DNA of 64,000 nucleotides from an uncultured Candidatus Saccharibacteria bacterium (GTDB taxonomy: Bacteria; Patescibacteriota; Minisyncoccia; Phycocordibacterales; UBA2100): NCBI GenBank assembly GCA_964399865.1, contig CAYNRJ010000001.1, forward strand, positions 2,315 to 66,314. The letters are read 5' to 3'. The position numbers were made by a program, and so were the translations under genes. Shown here in pieces: positions 39,015 to 49,274 of this stretch. Numbering within the stretch: position 1 is the first letter of the stretch; each line of letters opens with the position of its first letter. Below the pieces are notes generated by a model. That model did no database searches and was not told the origin of the DNA. It was given only the letters and a program-made list of their open reading frames with translations.

Positions 39015-39764
39015 ATGAAGGTTATCGTCGATGGTCTCGCGACCGAATACCGCGATGAGGGGCAAGGACTCGTCATTCTCATGCTTCATGGGTGGATGAA
39101 CGCAGTCGATAGTTTTGATGAAATCACGAAGCGTCTACATAACTCCCATCGCATAATTCGCGTGGACTTACCCGGATTTGGCGGTACAGAAAGACCCCAA
39201 GATTCGTGGGATGTCGGAAAGTACGCCTCATTCGTTGCGCATTTTATAGAGAAAATAGGCCTTGGCACGTATGCTTTAGTCGGGCACTCGTTTGGAGGAA
39301 GAATCACAATTAAAGGAGCTTCTGAAGGCATTTTGCGCCCCTCTCGCATAATTCTGATCGGTGCTGCAGGTATTCCACGAAAGCGGACTTTGTACCACAA
39401 GCTCTTAACAGCCTTGGCAAAAATCGCGAAATTCTTTACAGCAATCCCGCCGCTCTCAATTTGGCGTCAACAAATAAGGAAGAAGGTATACGAGCGAATT
39501 GGGAGCGATTATTTTCTCGCGGGCAGGCTTTCGGATATTTATCTAAAGGTCATTAAAGAAGATCTAAGCGTACATGCAACAAATATCTCGGTTCCGACTT
39601 TGCTTTTGTGGGGAGAGAACGATACAGCTACACCTGTCGCTGATGGAAAGAAGTTCGCAACGCTCGTTAAAGGCTCGATACTCAAAACATATCCAAATGT
39701 TGGACATTTCGTGCACCAAGAAAGGCCTGATGAAGTAGTAGCTGAAATAAAGAAATTCGTATGA
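39015..39764 (+). CDS. Alpha/beta hydrolase
   Basis: LHGW, DLPGFG, GHSFGG, WGEND, GH. Confidence 0.9.
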   Translation: MKVIVDGLATEYRDEGQGLVILMLHGWMNAVDSFDEITKRLHNSHRIIRVDLPGFGGTERPQDSWDVGKYASFVAHFIEKIGLGTYALVGHSFGGRITIKGASEGILRPSRIILIGAAGIPRKRTLYHKLLTALAKIAKFFTAIPPLSIWRQQIRKKVYERIGSDYFLAGRLSDIYLKVIKEDLSVHATNISVPTLLLWGENDTATPVADGKKFATLVKGSILKTYPNVGHFVHQERPDEVVAEIKKFV

Positions 39765-41185
39765 AGAAGTTTCTCTCTCGTTATCACCCACGTGCGATAC
39801 GCTCACTCGTATATATGCTTCAGGCGAGTGAGTACGGGGTCCGTGAGTATCTACACTGGCTTCACCGCACTTCCGATTTTCTTGATGTGGAACGCAGAAA
39901 GCAGCTTACTTTTACCAAAAAGGCGTTGATACTTCTCGGTATAGGTTGGGGGATCGTATTGGCGGTCATTGTTGCGATTGTTTTTGCATTCATATTATTT
40001 CCTCAGCCGTGGAACATCGCAGCCTCAATACTTCTGGTGTTGCTTACGCCCTTTATGCTCTCGTATGGGCTTGCGCTCGCGGTATGGAAGCTACGCCTCT
40101 TACAATTTCCAATTGAATACATTTTTACAAAGCTCGCCCATCTTTCCCTAAAGCGCCATAAGGGAGTGAAAATTGCGATAGCAGGAAGCTATGGCAAAAC
40201 AAGTATGCGGGAGATCCTCAAGACTGTTCTTTCAGAAGGGAAGAAAGTGGCCGCTCCTCCTGGGAGCTACAACACACCACTAGCTGTCGCGAAATTTGTG
40301 CGCGGATTAAAGGGGGACGAAGACGTTCTTATATTTGAAATCGGAGAATATTATCCCGGAGATGTGCGAAAGCTTGCGCGGATAGTCTGTCCCGAATGGG
40401 GCATCATTACGGGGATCAATGAAGCGCACCTCGAGAAATTCAAAACACTCGAACGTACCGCCAGAACTATTTTTGAGCTGGCCTACGAAGTGAAGCCGAC
40501 GCATTTATACGTAAATGACGAAAGTACGCTTGTGCGCAAACATGCCACGATCGGAAACATTCTCTACACACGTCTCGGAACAGAATCATGGCTCGTGAGT
40601 GACCCTACGACGGGACTTACCGGAACTACGTTTAAGATCTCAAATGGACCCGAGGTAATACAAGGCGAGTCGAAACTTCTCGGACTTCATATGCTCGGGC
40701 CCCTTTCCGTTGCCGTCGATTTAGCTAAGCGACTCGGACTCACAACTGAGCAGATCCAGAAAGGCATTGCGAAAACGAAGCCGTTCGACCATCGCTTGGA
40801 GGTCAAACAGTGGGAAGGTGGTGTTACATTTCTTGATGATAGTTATAACGGTAATCCAGATGGCGTAAAGGCGGTTATTTCGTTCCTCTCAGGGCTCAGT
40901 GCGCGGAGATTTTATGTGACTCCCGGACTAGTAGAGGCTGGTTCTCATGTGCGAGAAGTGCACGAAGAAATAGGCAAACAGCTCGCGAAAGCGAATATTG
41001 AAAAAGTGGTTCTTATCCGCAATTCTGTTACGCCTCATATTCGGAATGGCCTTAAGGAAGCTAGCTTCAAGGGTGATCTACTCGAATATCACGACATGCC
41101 TACAGCTCTTAATGCCTTGCGCTCTCTAACGCTCCCGGGAGATGTTGTATTGATCCAGAACGACTGGCCCGACCAGTATAAGTGA
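39761..41185 (+). CDS. murF: MurF-type Mur ligase with N-terminal TMs
   Basis: AGSYGKTS, SYNT, HLE.F, DDSYNGN, QND.PD.Y; adjacent to ddl. Confidence 0.85.
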   Translation: MKKFLSRYHPRAIRSLVYMLQASEYGVREYLHWLHRTSDFLDVERRKQLTFTKKALILLGIGWGIVLAVIVAIVFAFILFPQPWNIAASILLVLLTPFMLSYGLALAVWKLRLLQFPIEYIFTKLAHLSLKRHKGVKIAIAGSYGKTSMREILKTVLSEGKKVAAPPGSYNTPLAVAKFVRGLKGDEDVLIFEIGEYYPGDVRKLARIVCPEWGIITGINEAHLEKFKTLERTARTIFELAYEVKPTHLYVNDESTLVRKHATIGNILYTRLGTESWLVSDPTTGLTGTTFKISNGPEVIQGESKLLGLHMLGPLSVAVDLAKRLGLTTEQIQKGIAKTKPFDHRLEVKQWEGGVTFLDDSYNGNPDGVKAVISFLSGLSARRFYVTPGLVEAGSHVREVHEEIGKQLAKANIEKVVLIRNSVTPHIRNGLKEASFKGDLLEYHDMPTALNALRSLTLPGDVVLIQNDWPDQYK

Positions 41186-41284
41186 GGGTAGCGACGCTCG
41201 CCGACACTGCACTCTTCGGGTCGCTATCTGACCGTGCTCTGTCAGCGCTCGGGCTTGACGCCGATGCGTCTGCGCAGACCCTCA
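41183..41284. repeat. Branched palindromic element, copy B (diverged)
   Basis: tgagggt/accctca and gacgc/gcgtc arms; core gtcgctatctg...cagcgct, as in copies C and D. Confidence 0.55.
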
Positions 41285-41383
41285 GAGCGCACCGTCGACT
41301 CGCTTTGCATGGGATGGAATCTAGAGAAATACCACAGAAATATACCCTTCGACGGGCTCCTCTGGTGGGGTAGAATGAAGTGT

Positions 41384-42550
41384 ATGAAGACGATAGCGGT
41401 CATTTTTGGGGGTAAAAGTGCAGAGCACGACGTTTCCATAATCACTGCTCATATTCCGATAATCGAAACACTTATTGCGAGTGGAAAGTTTGATGTGTGG
41501 CCCGTATACATTGCAAAGGATGGTGCGTGGTACGCCGATAAAGTGATGAACGATCTAGCGTTCTTCAAGCAGGCAGGATGGGAAGGAAAGGTAGGTAAGA
41601 TGAAGAAGGTAGAGTTATTGTTCGATAACGGATTGAAATTAAAGTGGCCGGGCCTTGTGCAGAAGAAAGTCGCAATTGATGTGGTATTTCCAGCGATGCA
41701 TGGAACGTATGGCGAAGACGGTTCGCTTATGGGGCTGCTTCGCATGGCCGGAGTTCCCTTCGTTGGGTGCGATATTTTTGCCTCCGCTGTTGCGATGGAT
41801 AAAGTCCTCACGAAGCAGGTGATCGCGGCAGAGCTCATCCCGATAGTGCCGTACATATGGTTTACTCGTTCCGAGTGGGAAAAAGATAAACATACAATAC
41901 TTGAAAAAGCTAAAGCGCTGCATCTTCCAGTTTTCGTAAAGCCTGTGCACCTCGGGTCTTCGATTGGCATAACGAAAGCAAAAACAGAGCATGAGCTCAT
42001 TAATGCTATTGATGTAGCGTGTCACTATGATGACAAGGTTCTTGTCGAAATTGCAATCGAGCCTCTCATCGAGATCACACTCCCAATAATGGGAAATGAT
42101 GAGCCTCGTACAGCTGAATGCGAACAGCCGCTCAACAAGACAGAATTTTTTGACTTTAAAGATAAGTATCTCTCAGGTGGCGGTAAAAAAGGCGGGAGCG
42201 GTGGAGCAAATAATGCCTATAGTGACATTCCTGCCAAAATTGGTGACGAGCTCACGAAAAAGGTAAAGGAGATGGGTCTTAAAGTGTATCGGGCGCTAGG
42301 GCTTGCAGGAACCTCTCGCGTAGATTTCCTTATACATGCGGACACGAAAGAGGTGTATGTGAATGAAGTAAATACATTGCCAGGCAGTTTGTATCATCAC
42401 AATTGGAAAAAGGCCGGGGTCTCTAATATGGATCTCGTGCTCGAACTTGTCCGTCTCGCAGAAGATCGTTTTCAAAAACAGAAGGATACGACTCACACAT
42501 TCACCTCCGATATATTGCAAAAAGTAGGCGGACCAAAACTTCAGAAATAG
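41384..42550 (+). CDS. ddl: D-alanine-D-alanine ligase
   Basis: FGGKSAEHDVS, HGTYGEDG, GSSIG, NEVNTLPG. Confidence 0.95.
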   Translation: MKTIAVIFGGKSAEHDVSIITAHIPIIETLIASGKFDVWPVYIAKDGAWYADKVMNDLAFFKQAGWEGKVGKMKKVELLFDNGLKLKWPGLVQKKVAIDVVFPAMHGTYGEDGSLMGLLRMAGVPFVGCDIFASAVAMDKVLTKQVIAAELIPIVPYIWFTRSEWEKDKHTILEKAKALHLPVFVKPVHLGSSIGITKAKTEHELINAIDVACHYDDKVLVEIAIEPLIEITLPIMGNDEPRTAECEQPLNKTEFFDFKDKYLSGGGKKGGSGGANNAYSDIPAKIGDELTKKVKEMGLKVYRALGLAGTSRVDFLIHADTKEVYVNEVNTLPGSLYHHNWKKAGVSNMDLVLELVRLAEDRFQKQKDTTHTFTSDILQKVGGPKLQK

Positions 42551-42553
42551 AAC

Positions 42554-43264
42554 ATGTCCGAAAAGAGAAAATTCGCGGTATTTGATGTCGACGGGACCAT
42601 TTTTCGATCAAGCCTATTAATCCAAGTTGTAGATAAGCTTATCGATACTGGGGCGTTCCCTCCTGAAGCTCAAAAAATGTATGAGCGAGAACATGAAAAA
42701 TGGCTTGATCGGGAAGGTGATTACGAAGAGTACGTAGATGGTGTGGTACGAACCTTTCGCCAGCATTTGAAGGGGATTCACTACAGTGTGCTCGCCGATA
42801 CTGCAGATGCCATGGTCGAGAGACAATGGAAAAGAACATACCGCTACACTCGCGACCTTTTAAAGAGTTTAAAAGAAAGGGGTTATTTTCTCCTTGCAGT
42901 CTCGCATTCCCCCAAAACTGTCCTCGATAAATTTTGCCCACGACTTGGATTCGATAAAGCCTACGGCATTGTGTATGAGATCGGGCCGCAGGAGTGCTTC
43001 ACAGGAGGGATCGTCGACGAACATCTCATTATGAACAAGGCGAATATCGTTCGTCGTGCCGTTGAAAAAGAGGGGCTCACGCTCTCCCATTCTATCGGAG
43101 TTGGAGATACGGAATCTGATGTTCCATTTCTAGAGCTAGTAGCAAAGCCACTTTGCTTTAACCCAAACAAAAAACTCTACCGTTATGCAAAACGCATGGG
43201 TTGGAAAGTGATAGTTGAACGGAAAGATGTCGTATACGAGCTTGGGAAGAGTGATTTGGTATAG
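42554..43264 (+). CDS. HAD-IB family hydrolase
   Basis: FDVDGT, GDTESD, NP. Confidence 0.9.
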   Translation: MSEKRKFAVFDVDGTIFRSSLLIQVVDKLIDTGAFPPEAQKMYEREHEKWLDREGDYEEYVDGVVRTFRQHLKGIHYSVLADTADAMVERQWKRTYRYTRDLLKSLKERGYFLLAVSHSPKTVLDKFCPRLGFDKAYGIVYEIGPQECFTGGIVDEHLIMNKANIVRRAVEKEGLTLSHSIGVGDTESDVPFLELVAKPLCFNPNKKLYRYAKRMGWKVIVERKDVVYELGKSDLV

Positions 43265-43288
43265 GGGGGGGTGATGCTGACGTCGCGA

Positions 43289-43387
43289 CAGCCAGTGCAT
43301 ATTTTGCCGTCGCTGTCTGTGCCTGCTGGCACAGCGCTGCCTCTCGGCTCGTCAGCCTGCGAGACACGGCAAAATACGCACCGGTTG
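43289..43387. repeat. Branched palindromic element, copy C
   Basis: gtgcatattttgccgt / acggcaaaatacgcac enclosing ctgtgcc-tgct-ggcacag and ggct-cgtc-agcc. Confidence 0.75.
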
Positions 43388-43458
43388 CCACTCCTTACAA
43401 TGCAGGTTGGTGAGTTAAGAGATGGGGGCGAAGGACGGATTTGATATAATGGTGTTGT

Positions 43459-43692
43459 ATGAACAAAAAGCTATATCGAATACCACAAAAAGCCATGATC
43501 GCTGGCGTTATAGCCGGTTTTGCCGACTACTTTAAGGTTGATGTAACGATGTTGCGCATAGTCTTTGTCCTCTTCGTTCTGGCGACAGGTTTGTTTCCAG
43601 GGGTGATTGGTTACATAGTTGCCGTCCTCATTATGCCTATTGAATCGACTGTCATTCATGAGGTCAAAGACGAATTCTCACAGCAGGGATAG
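43459..43692 (+). CDS. PspC domain protein
   Basis: KKLYR...MIAGV.AGFADYF.VD.T.LR...YIV...IMP. Confidence 0.9.
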   Translation: MNKKLYRIPQKAMIAGVIAGFADYFKVDVTMLRIVFVLFVLATGLFPGVIGYIVAVLIMPIESTVIHEVKDEFSQQG

Positions 43693-44461
43693 GGAGATCA
43701 TCGCATTCAGACAGAACGTCTGGAAACATTACCAGGCGAATGGTCGTCACGATCTTCCGTGGAGAAAAACAAAAAATCCGTATCGGATACTAGTGTCAGA
43801 AGTGATGCTCCAACAGACGCAGGTATCCCGTGCATTGTCGAAGTACAAAGAATTTTTGAGATCGTTCCCAACGGTACGCGCACTCGCACATGCACCACTT
43901 CAGGATGTCTTAAAGATTTGGAGCGGGCTTGGATACAATCGTCGCGCAAAATTCCTCTACGAAGCCGCAAAAAAGGTCACCACGCAATATAAAGGGCGCT
44001 TTCCTAAAGAGTATTCTGCCTTGCGCACTCTTCCAGGCGTAGGTGATTACACGGCGAAGGCAGTTCGCGTGTTCGCCTTTAATGAGCCCGAGACTCTAAT
44101 TGAGACGAACGTACGCACTGTCTTTATTCACACCTTCTTTCCCACAAGGAAGATATCTGACACCTCAGTGCTTAAGCTGGCGCGTATAGCGGCAGAGGGC
44201 CAGGATCCGCGTAGGTGGCATTCTGCACTGATGGATTACGGCGCGCATTTAAAGCAATCCGGCGTACGTATAAACTCACGAAGCAAGCACTATGTTAAGC
44301 AATCCAAATTTGAAGGGTCGCTTCGGCAGGTCCGTGGAGCGATCTTAAAAGCAGTTACACAAATGACTCCCATTGAGGAAGTGCGTAGTCGATACACTGC
44401 TCAGTTTGATTCAGTATTTGCGACACTTGTGAGAGAGGGGCTTATTACACGCTCACAATAA
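43658..44461 (+). CDS. mutY: A/G-specific adenine glycosylase, short form
   Basis: RHDLPWR, VSEVMLQQTQV, WSGLGYNRRA, LPGVGDYTA, ALMDYG. Confidence 0.85.
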   Translation: MRSKTNSHSRDREIIAFRQNVWKHYQANGRHDLPWRKTKNPYRILVSEVMLQQTQVSRALSKYKEFLRSFPTVRALAHAPLQDVLKIWSGLGYNRRAKFLYEAAKKVTTQYKGRFPKEYSALRTLPGVGDYTAKAVRVFAFNEPETLIETNVRTVFIHTFFPTRKISDTSVLKLARIAAEGQDPRRWHSALMDYGAHLKQSGVRINSRSKHYVKQSKFEGSLRQVRGAILKAVTQMTPIEEVRSRYTAQFDSVFATLVREGLITRSQ

Positions 44462-46409
44462 CCGGGATCACGATAGGGCGCTTTGTTGTTCTCTGAAGAA
44501 GGAAGCGAGACACAGATTCAGCGAGATCTTCACGAGCTGCATCGAGGTCTGCTGCGCGAGGATTTCTCATTGAGGTCTCAACACTCTTGCGGATAATAAG
44601 ACGTGTCTGGTCCATCAATTCCTTGTTGTCACGAAGGTACACGAATCCGCGCGAGATAATGTCGGGCGACTTATGGAGACGGCCGCTACGGCGATCAACT
44701 GTCGCAACAACCACGCAGAAACCTTCTTGCCCAAGTGCCTTGCGGTCACGCATGAGGACATCGGAGAGGGTGGATACTGTGTTGCCTTCAACGACATGTA
44801 ATTCAGAAGGCGCTTTAACGGGAAGCTTCACGATCTTTTCTCCGCCGTTCTGGATCTCAATAAGAGAGCCGTTGTCTGGGACCATAATGTTCTCCGGCTT
44901 TACGCCCATTTCAACAGCAAGGTCTACGTGGACACGAAGCATGTAGTGATAGCCGTGGACTGGAATAAAGAATTTTGGTTTGATCTGACGATGGATCCAC
45001 GCGGCTTCCTCACGGTTGCCGTGACCCGAGGCATGCACATCGCTCGCGTGATAGGTGATGATGTGTGCACCCTGACGGGAGAGGTTGTCTTTCAATTTCT
45101 GCACAGCACGCTCGTTTCCTGGGATGACGGAAGATGAAAGCACGACTGTGTCAGTCGGCTGAAGACGGATGTATTTGTGCGTCTTGTTACCAATACGAGC
45201 AAGAGAAGCGAATTCGTCGCCCTGAGCACCCGTTGCGAGGATAATTATCTTTTCTGGTGCGTACTGTGCGAGATTCTCGACAGCAACCACGGTATCGTCT
45301 TTGTATTTGATGAGTCCGATCTCGCGAGCGATCTCAATGTTGGTGCGCATAGACCTTCCGTCGATGACGATCTTCTTGCCGTTCTCTTCAGCGAAATGGA
45401 CGACGCGGATAAGACGCTCAAGGTGGGAGGCGAACATCGCGACGATGAGTCGGCCCTTTGTCTTTTTAATTATGTCTTCAAGCGTGCGGTACACGATCGC
45501 TTCTGGGATGGACCAGCCAGGCTGCCATACGTTGGTGGAGTCCATGAGTAGGGCAAGCACTTTGCGATGATGGAACACAGAGAATTCCTGATGCTCCTCT
45601 TCGCTTGGCTCGCCTGCGTCGTGGTTCAGCTTGATGTCTCCAGTGAAAACAACGTCACCGTAGGGAGTTTCGATGATGATACCCATGGAATCCGGCACAG
45701 TGTGAGTGACACCGAAGAATCGGATCGTCGTCGCACCAAGTTTGATGACCTCATCCTTTTCAACTTCGCGAATGTTGAGTTGTGGCAGGTGAGAGAATTC
45801 TTCCTGGCGTTTTTTTACCATCATGCCGGTCAGTTTTCGTGTGTAGATAGTCGGATTCCCAATACGATCAATGATGTAGGGAATACCGCCTATGTGGTCT
45901 AGGTGACCGTGCGAAATAAGTAGACCTCGGATCTTGTCGCGACGCTCTTCAAGGTATGTTGTGTTGGGAAGGATGTAATCAACGCCGGGCGTCTCGTCCT
46001 CGCGGAATTGGAAACCACAGTCGAGAATAAAAATATCATTTCCGACTTCGACTGCTGTCATGTTGCGACCGATCTCCTCGACTCCACCGAGAGGAATTAT
46101 GCGGACTGTGTCTTCAGCAGGAATAGGAAGAGGAGCTGATGCGGGTCTGACTTGGCCCTCTCGCTTGTGTTCTACGCGAGTTTTACCGCGTCGTGGTGGA
46201 TGCATACCGCGTCCTCCGCCACCCATGCGGCGGGGTCCACGGCTCGGTCCACGGTCTCCGAAACCTCTCCTCATTGGAGGGCGAGCTGTGCCTGGACGAC
46301 TTGGCTGTGGCGGACGAGCGCCTCCTCGGGTGTCGCCAGAAGCAGCGCCTTCGGATTTCTCAGAAGGAGGAACGTAGGAGTTTGTTGGATTAGGTTCGTT
46401 AGGGGTCAT
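44445..46409 (-). CDS. rnj: Ribonuclease J with N-terminal disordered extension
   Basis: PLGGVEEIGRN, HGHLDHIG, HASGH, PVHG. Confidence 0.95.
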   Translation of the reverse strand: MTPNEPNPTNSYVPPSEKSEGAASGDTRGGARPPQPSRPGTARPPMRRGFGDRGPSRGPRRMGGGGRGMHPPRRGKTRVEHKREGQVRPASAPLPIPAEDTVRIIPLGGVEEIGRNMTAVEVGNDIFILDCGFQFREDETPGVDYILPNTTYLEERRDKIRGLLISHGHLDHIGGIPYIIDRIGNPTIYTRKLTGMMVKKRQEEFSHLPQLNIREVEKDEVIKLGATTIRFFGVTHTVPDSMGIIIETPYGDVVFTGDIKLNHDAGEPSEEEHQEFSVFHHRKVLALLMDSTNVWQPGWSIPEAIVYRTLEDIIKKTKGRLIVAMFASHLERLIRVVHFAEENGKKIVIDGRSMRTNIEIAREIGLIKYKDDTVVAVENLAQYAPEKIIILATGAQGDEFASLARIGNKTHKYIRLQPTDTVVLSSSVIPGNERAVQKLKDNLSRQGAHIITYHASDVHASGHGNREEAAWIHRQIKPKFFIPVHGYHYMLRVHVDLAVEMGVKPENIMVPDNGSLIEIQNGGEKIVKLPVKAPSELHVVEGNTVSTLSDVLMRDRKALGQEGFCVVVATVDRRSGRLHKSPDIISRGFVYLRDNKELMDQTRLIIRKSVETSMRNPRAADLDAAREDLAESVSRFLLQRTTKRPIVIPVIVSV

Positions 46410-46444
46410 ATAGGAATTTCTAATACGTAATTAATAGATATCTG

Positions 46445-48238
46445 TTACTCAGACACATTTGTAAAGATGCTCCACACTCTCTCTGTGTCTGTGTACCACT
46501 CGTGTACATTAAGAAAGCGTTCACTTGCTGAAACTAGCGCGCCAAACTCAGCACCCTGCACTTTTGAAGGAAGTACATAGATAAGGTGGGGGGCAAAGAG
46601 GAAGATAGCAGGTCGCTCCTCCTCAATGATTTCTGCAAACGATCCGTAGAGGGCTTCGCGTTCCTTTCGGTTGGTCGTTGCGCGGGCGTCCGCCAAGAGA
46701 GTATCAGCTTTCGAGTTCGTGTAAAGAGCTAAGTTGAGACCAGGATCATTTCTCTGACTTGAGTGCCAGAACGCAAAGAGGTCGAGGGAACGTCCGACAA
46801 CTTCTCCGAAAAGCAGTGCGTCATACGCACGTGGGCGGATGATATTCGTGTTCAATTCAGAGATCGGATATACGTGCAGCTCGACATGGATACCTGCTGC
46901 CTGCCACATTGAAGTAAGAGTTTCTGCAACGGCGGTGAGCTCGGGAGAATCTGCAGTCGATATAGCAAACTGGAGTTTTTGCTCACCGTTTTTGCCGCGT
47001 ACCCATAGTCCGGCCTCCTCATCGAATGTCCAACCGCCCTCCTCTAAAATCGCTCGTGCGTCTTCCGCGCCGGTGAAAGTCTCGGTTACCTCTTCTGATG
47101 TGCTGGTGGAAGCCTGACTCAGTACACCTACAGGAATTGGACCTGAAAGCGGAGACGCGTAGCCGTGCAGGACTGAATCAATGAGTTCTTGTTTGTTGAC
47201 GGCCACCGCCAAGGCTTCACGGACCGACGCATTCGCGAGCACGGTCGCGTGACCTTGATTCAAAAATACTCCAAAGACGCGTGGAAGCGGGGTCTGTATA
47301 ACACGCGCACTGTCGTCGAGGCGGACAAGCTCTGAAGGGGACGCTCCGGCAAAACTATCAATCACGCCGGAATTCCACGCATCAACCAAAGCTGTTTCGT
47401 TTGGGAAAAAAGTGATGAGTATTTTCTTGATATGTGGTTTTCCGAGCGCGAATTTCTTAAATGGACGGAGTTCGTATCCTGTCGTTACGTCTGTGGGATC
47501 CGTATGCACCGCATGTATGCGGTACGGCCCACTGCCAATAGGTTTTATATTGACTGGTGAAAATGGGAACTCTTCCGTCGAAATGTCTTGCCATACATGC
47601 GCAGGAAGAATTCCTAATGTCGTGTTCTCAAGGAACGGTGCATATGGGCGAGGGAGCGTAAAAATTACCGTGTGATCATCCGGCGCTGCGACAGTCACGC
47701 CATCCCAATCGGCCCTTCTTGGGCTTCGTATATCAGCATTTTGTGCGGCGTGCACCGTGAACACAACGTCTGATGCGGTAACAGGCGTACCATCGTGGAA
47801 TTCTAGGTCGGGACGGAGGGTGAATGTGTAAGTCAGACCGTCAGGAGATATTTCATATGCGGAAGTAAGGTCAGGAATGATAGAACCATCAGGTGATACC
47901 CGAGTGAGTCCCGAATACACAAGCGCGGTCAGGTCTTTGTCAGCTTCGGATATGGCAAGAAGAGGGTTAATAAACCGTGCTGAGCCCATGACTCCTTCTT
48001 CAATAGCGCCACCGTCGACAGGGACAGTGACTGATGAGGCCGCGTTTAATTTCGCGAGGAATACGAGCGTGCTTGCCGCGAGCGCTACGGTAAGGATATA
48101 TAAAAGGAATCTTTCACTCGGAGAAAAACGTGGAAGCATGTTCTCCAGACCGAGGAACAGTTGAACATCGCGCGGTTTTGTGAGCGCAGATCGAAGATCT
48201 TTTGATTCTGTGGTGTATACGTTCTGATTTTGGTCCAT
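46445..48238 (-). CDS. Peptide ABC transporter substrate-binding protein (family 5)
   Basis: DGLTYTFTLR...FHDGTPVTASDVVFT, PIGSGPY, FWHSSQ. Confidence 0.9.
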   Translation of the reverse strand: MDQNQNVYTTESKDLRSALTKPRDVQLFLGLENMLPRFSPSERFLLYILTVALAASTLVFLAKLNAASSVTVPVDGGAIEEGVMGSARFINPLLAISEADKDLTALVYSGLTRVSPDGSIIPDLTSAYEISPDGLTYTFTLRPDLEFHDGTPVTASDVVFTVHAAQNADIRSPRRADWDGVTVAAPDDHTVIFTLPRPYAPFLENTTLGILPAHVWQDISTEEFPFSPVNIKPIGSGPYRIHAVHTDPTDVTTGYELRPFKKFALGKPHIKKILITFFPNETALVDAWNSGVIDSFAGASPSELVRLDDSARVIQTPLPRVFGVFLNQGHATVLANASVREALAVAVNKQELIDSVLHGYASPLSGPIPVGVLSQASTSTSEEVTETFTGAEDARAILEEGGWTFDEEAGLWVRGKNGEQKLQFAISTADSPELTAVAETLTSMWQAAGIHVELHVYPISELNTNIIRPRAYDALLFGEVVGRSLDLFAFWHSSQRNDPGLNLALYTNSKADTLLADARATTNRKEREALYGSFAEIIEEERPAIFLFAPHLIYVLPSKVQGAEFGALVSASERFLNVHEWYTDTERVWSIFTNVSE

Positions 48239-48386
48239 GTTTGCTGTTCACAATTGGCTTTTTCTTCAACCTCGTGTGTACAGACCTTTGAGCTACAGAG
48301 CGCGAATAGGCGCTGCTAAGCAGGAGAAGCGGGAAGTTGAGGAGGTGTAAGGTCTGCAAGAATGCAGAAAAAACCGATTGAAAGGT

Positions 48387-48620
48387 TTAACTAATAATTA
48401 AATTGACGAATGCTGATACCGCGAAGAGAATTCCGAGTGCAATGGTAGCACGAAAGAGGGTCTTCTCCATTCCGCGACGGGTGTGGAAACCAGTAGAAAA
48501 GTTGTCAGAGCCGAACGCGCCTCCAAGGGATGCTCCTGTGCGCTGCAAAATGATGGCACCGATAAGAAGTATGCCGAGCACGATTTGCACGTAAGGAAGG
48601 ACCGTATGGAGGAAACTCAT
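48387..48620 (-). CDS. secG: Preprotein translocase subunit SecG
   Basis: IILQ..GASLGGAFG...TRRGMEK.L. Confidence 0.9.
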   Translation of the reverse strand: MSFLHTVLPYVQIVLGILLIGAIILQRTGASLGGAFGSDNFSTGFHTRRGMEKTLFRATIALGILFAVSAFVNLIIS

Positions 48621-48671
48621 TGCAAATATACTAGCACAGCACGAAAGAGAGGGCAAATAGAGTAAAAATAT

Positions 48672-48719
48672 GAAAAATCTGGCCGCGGCGGACTCCTCGC
48701 ACTGAGGAAGTCCGCCGCG
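48672..48719 (-). terminator. Intrinsic terminator of orphan gene
   Basis: cgcggcggact.cctc-gcact-gaggaagtccgccgcg, with an A-tract at 48673-48677. Confidence 0.7.
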
Positions 48720-48725
48720 AAGCCA

Positions 48726-49091
48726 TCAATCGCGCAGCCCGTGGTTCAGGAAGCTCGCACAGATCGTGCCGCCGATCACGCTCGCGAGAGCGATCACCGT
48801 CCATTCAGTGAAGCCGAGCGCTTCGATCCCGCGGAGGTTGATCGTGATGAACGAAATGATTCCTGCCGAGACGACCGAAAACACGCCGACCATGACGAGC
48901 CTCCACGCCGACCATAGTGGGCCCATACCTTTCTTGATGAGGGCTCGGATCTGGATCAAGCCGAACCAGAGGCTCGAAATAGTGGCGGCTCCAGCGCCGA
49001 GCCACCATTGCCAGCTCTCCGCCGGGCTCGCCATTGCAAGAGCGATTGCCGTGACGGCAGCAATCGCGAGAGTGATTTCCTTTGCGGTCAT
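48726..49091 (-). CDS. GC-rich orphan 4-TM protein
   Basis: MTAKEITLAIAAV...; SD AGGTG; TTGACC(49176-81)-17-TGTAAT(49153-58). Confidence 0.7.
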   Translation of the reverse strand: MTAKEITLAIAAVTAIALAMASPAESWQWWLGAGAATISSLWFGLIQIRALIKKGMGPLWSAWRLVMVGVFSVVSAGIISFITINLRGIEALGFTEWTVIALASVIGGTICASFLNHGLRD

Positions 49092-49274
49092 TCTATCACC
49101 TTTGTTGTCGATTGCGACGCCATATCCCAGGCGTCTTGGGTACCCTATTTTCATTACAGCATCTTCAGAGCAAGAGGTCAAGTTGACCCATCTCTTCATT
49201 TTCCGTATATTTTCCGAGCAGCGCGCAAGCGCTTATCTACTCGAGATTTATTAAAAGACCTAGCAATTTTTCTT

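Noticed and set aside
38414-39058. 214-aa Arg-rich alternative-frame ORF
   Set aside because: Artefact of the GC-rich orphan; it runs through the terminator and has no start signals.
41234-41383. N-terminal extension of Ddl
   Set aside because: Reads through palindromic element B; the family start is 41384, after TAGAAT.
43348-43356. Hammerhead core CUGACGA on the minus strand of element C
   Set aside because: Not retained in the homologous copy D, and no properly placed GAAA.
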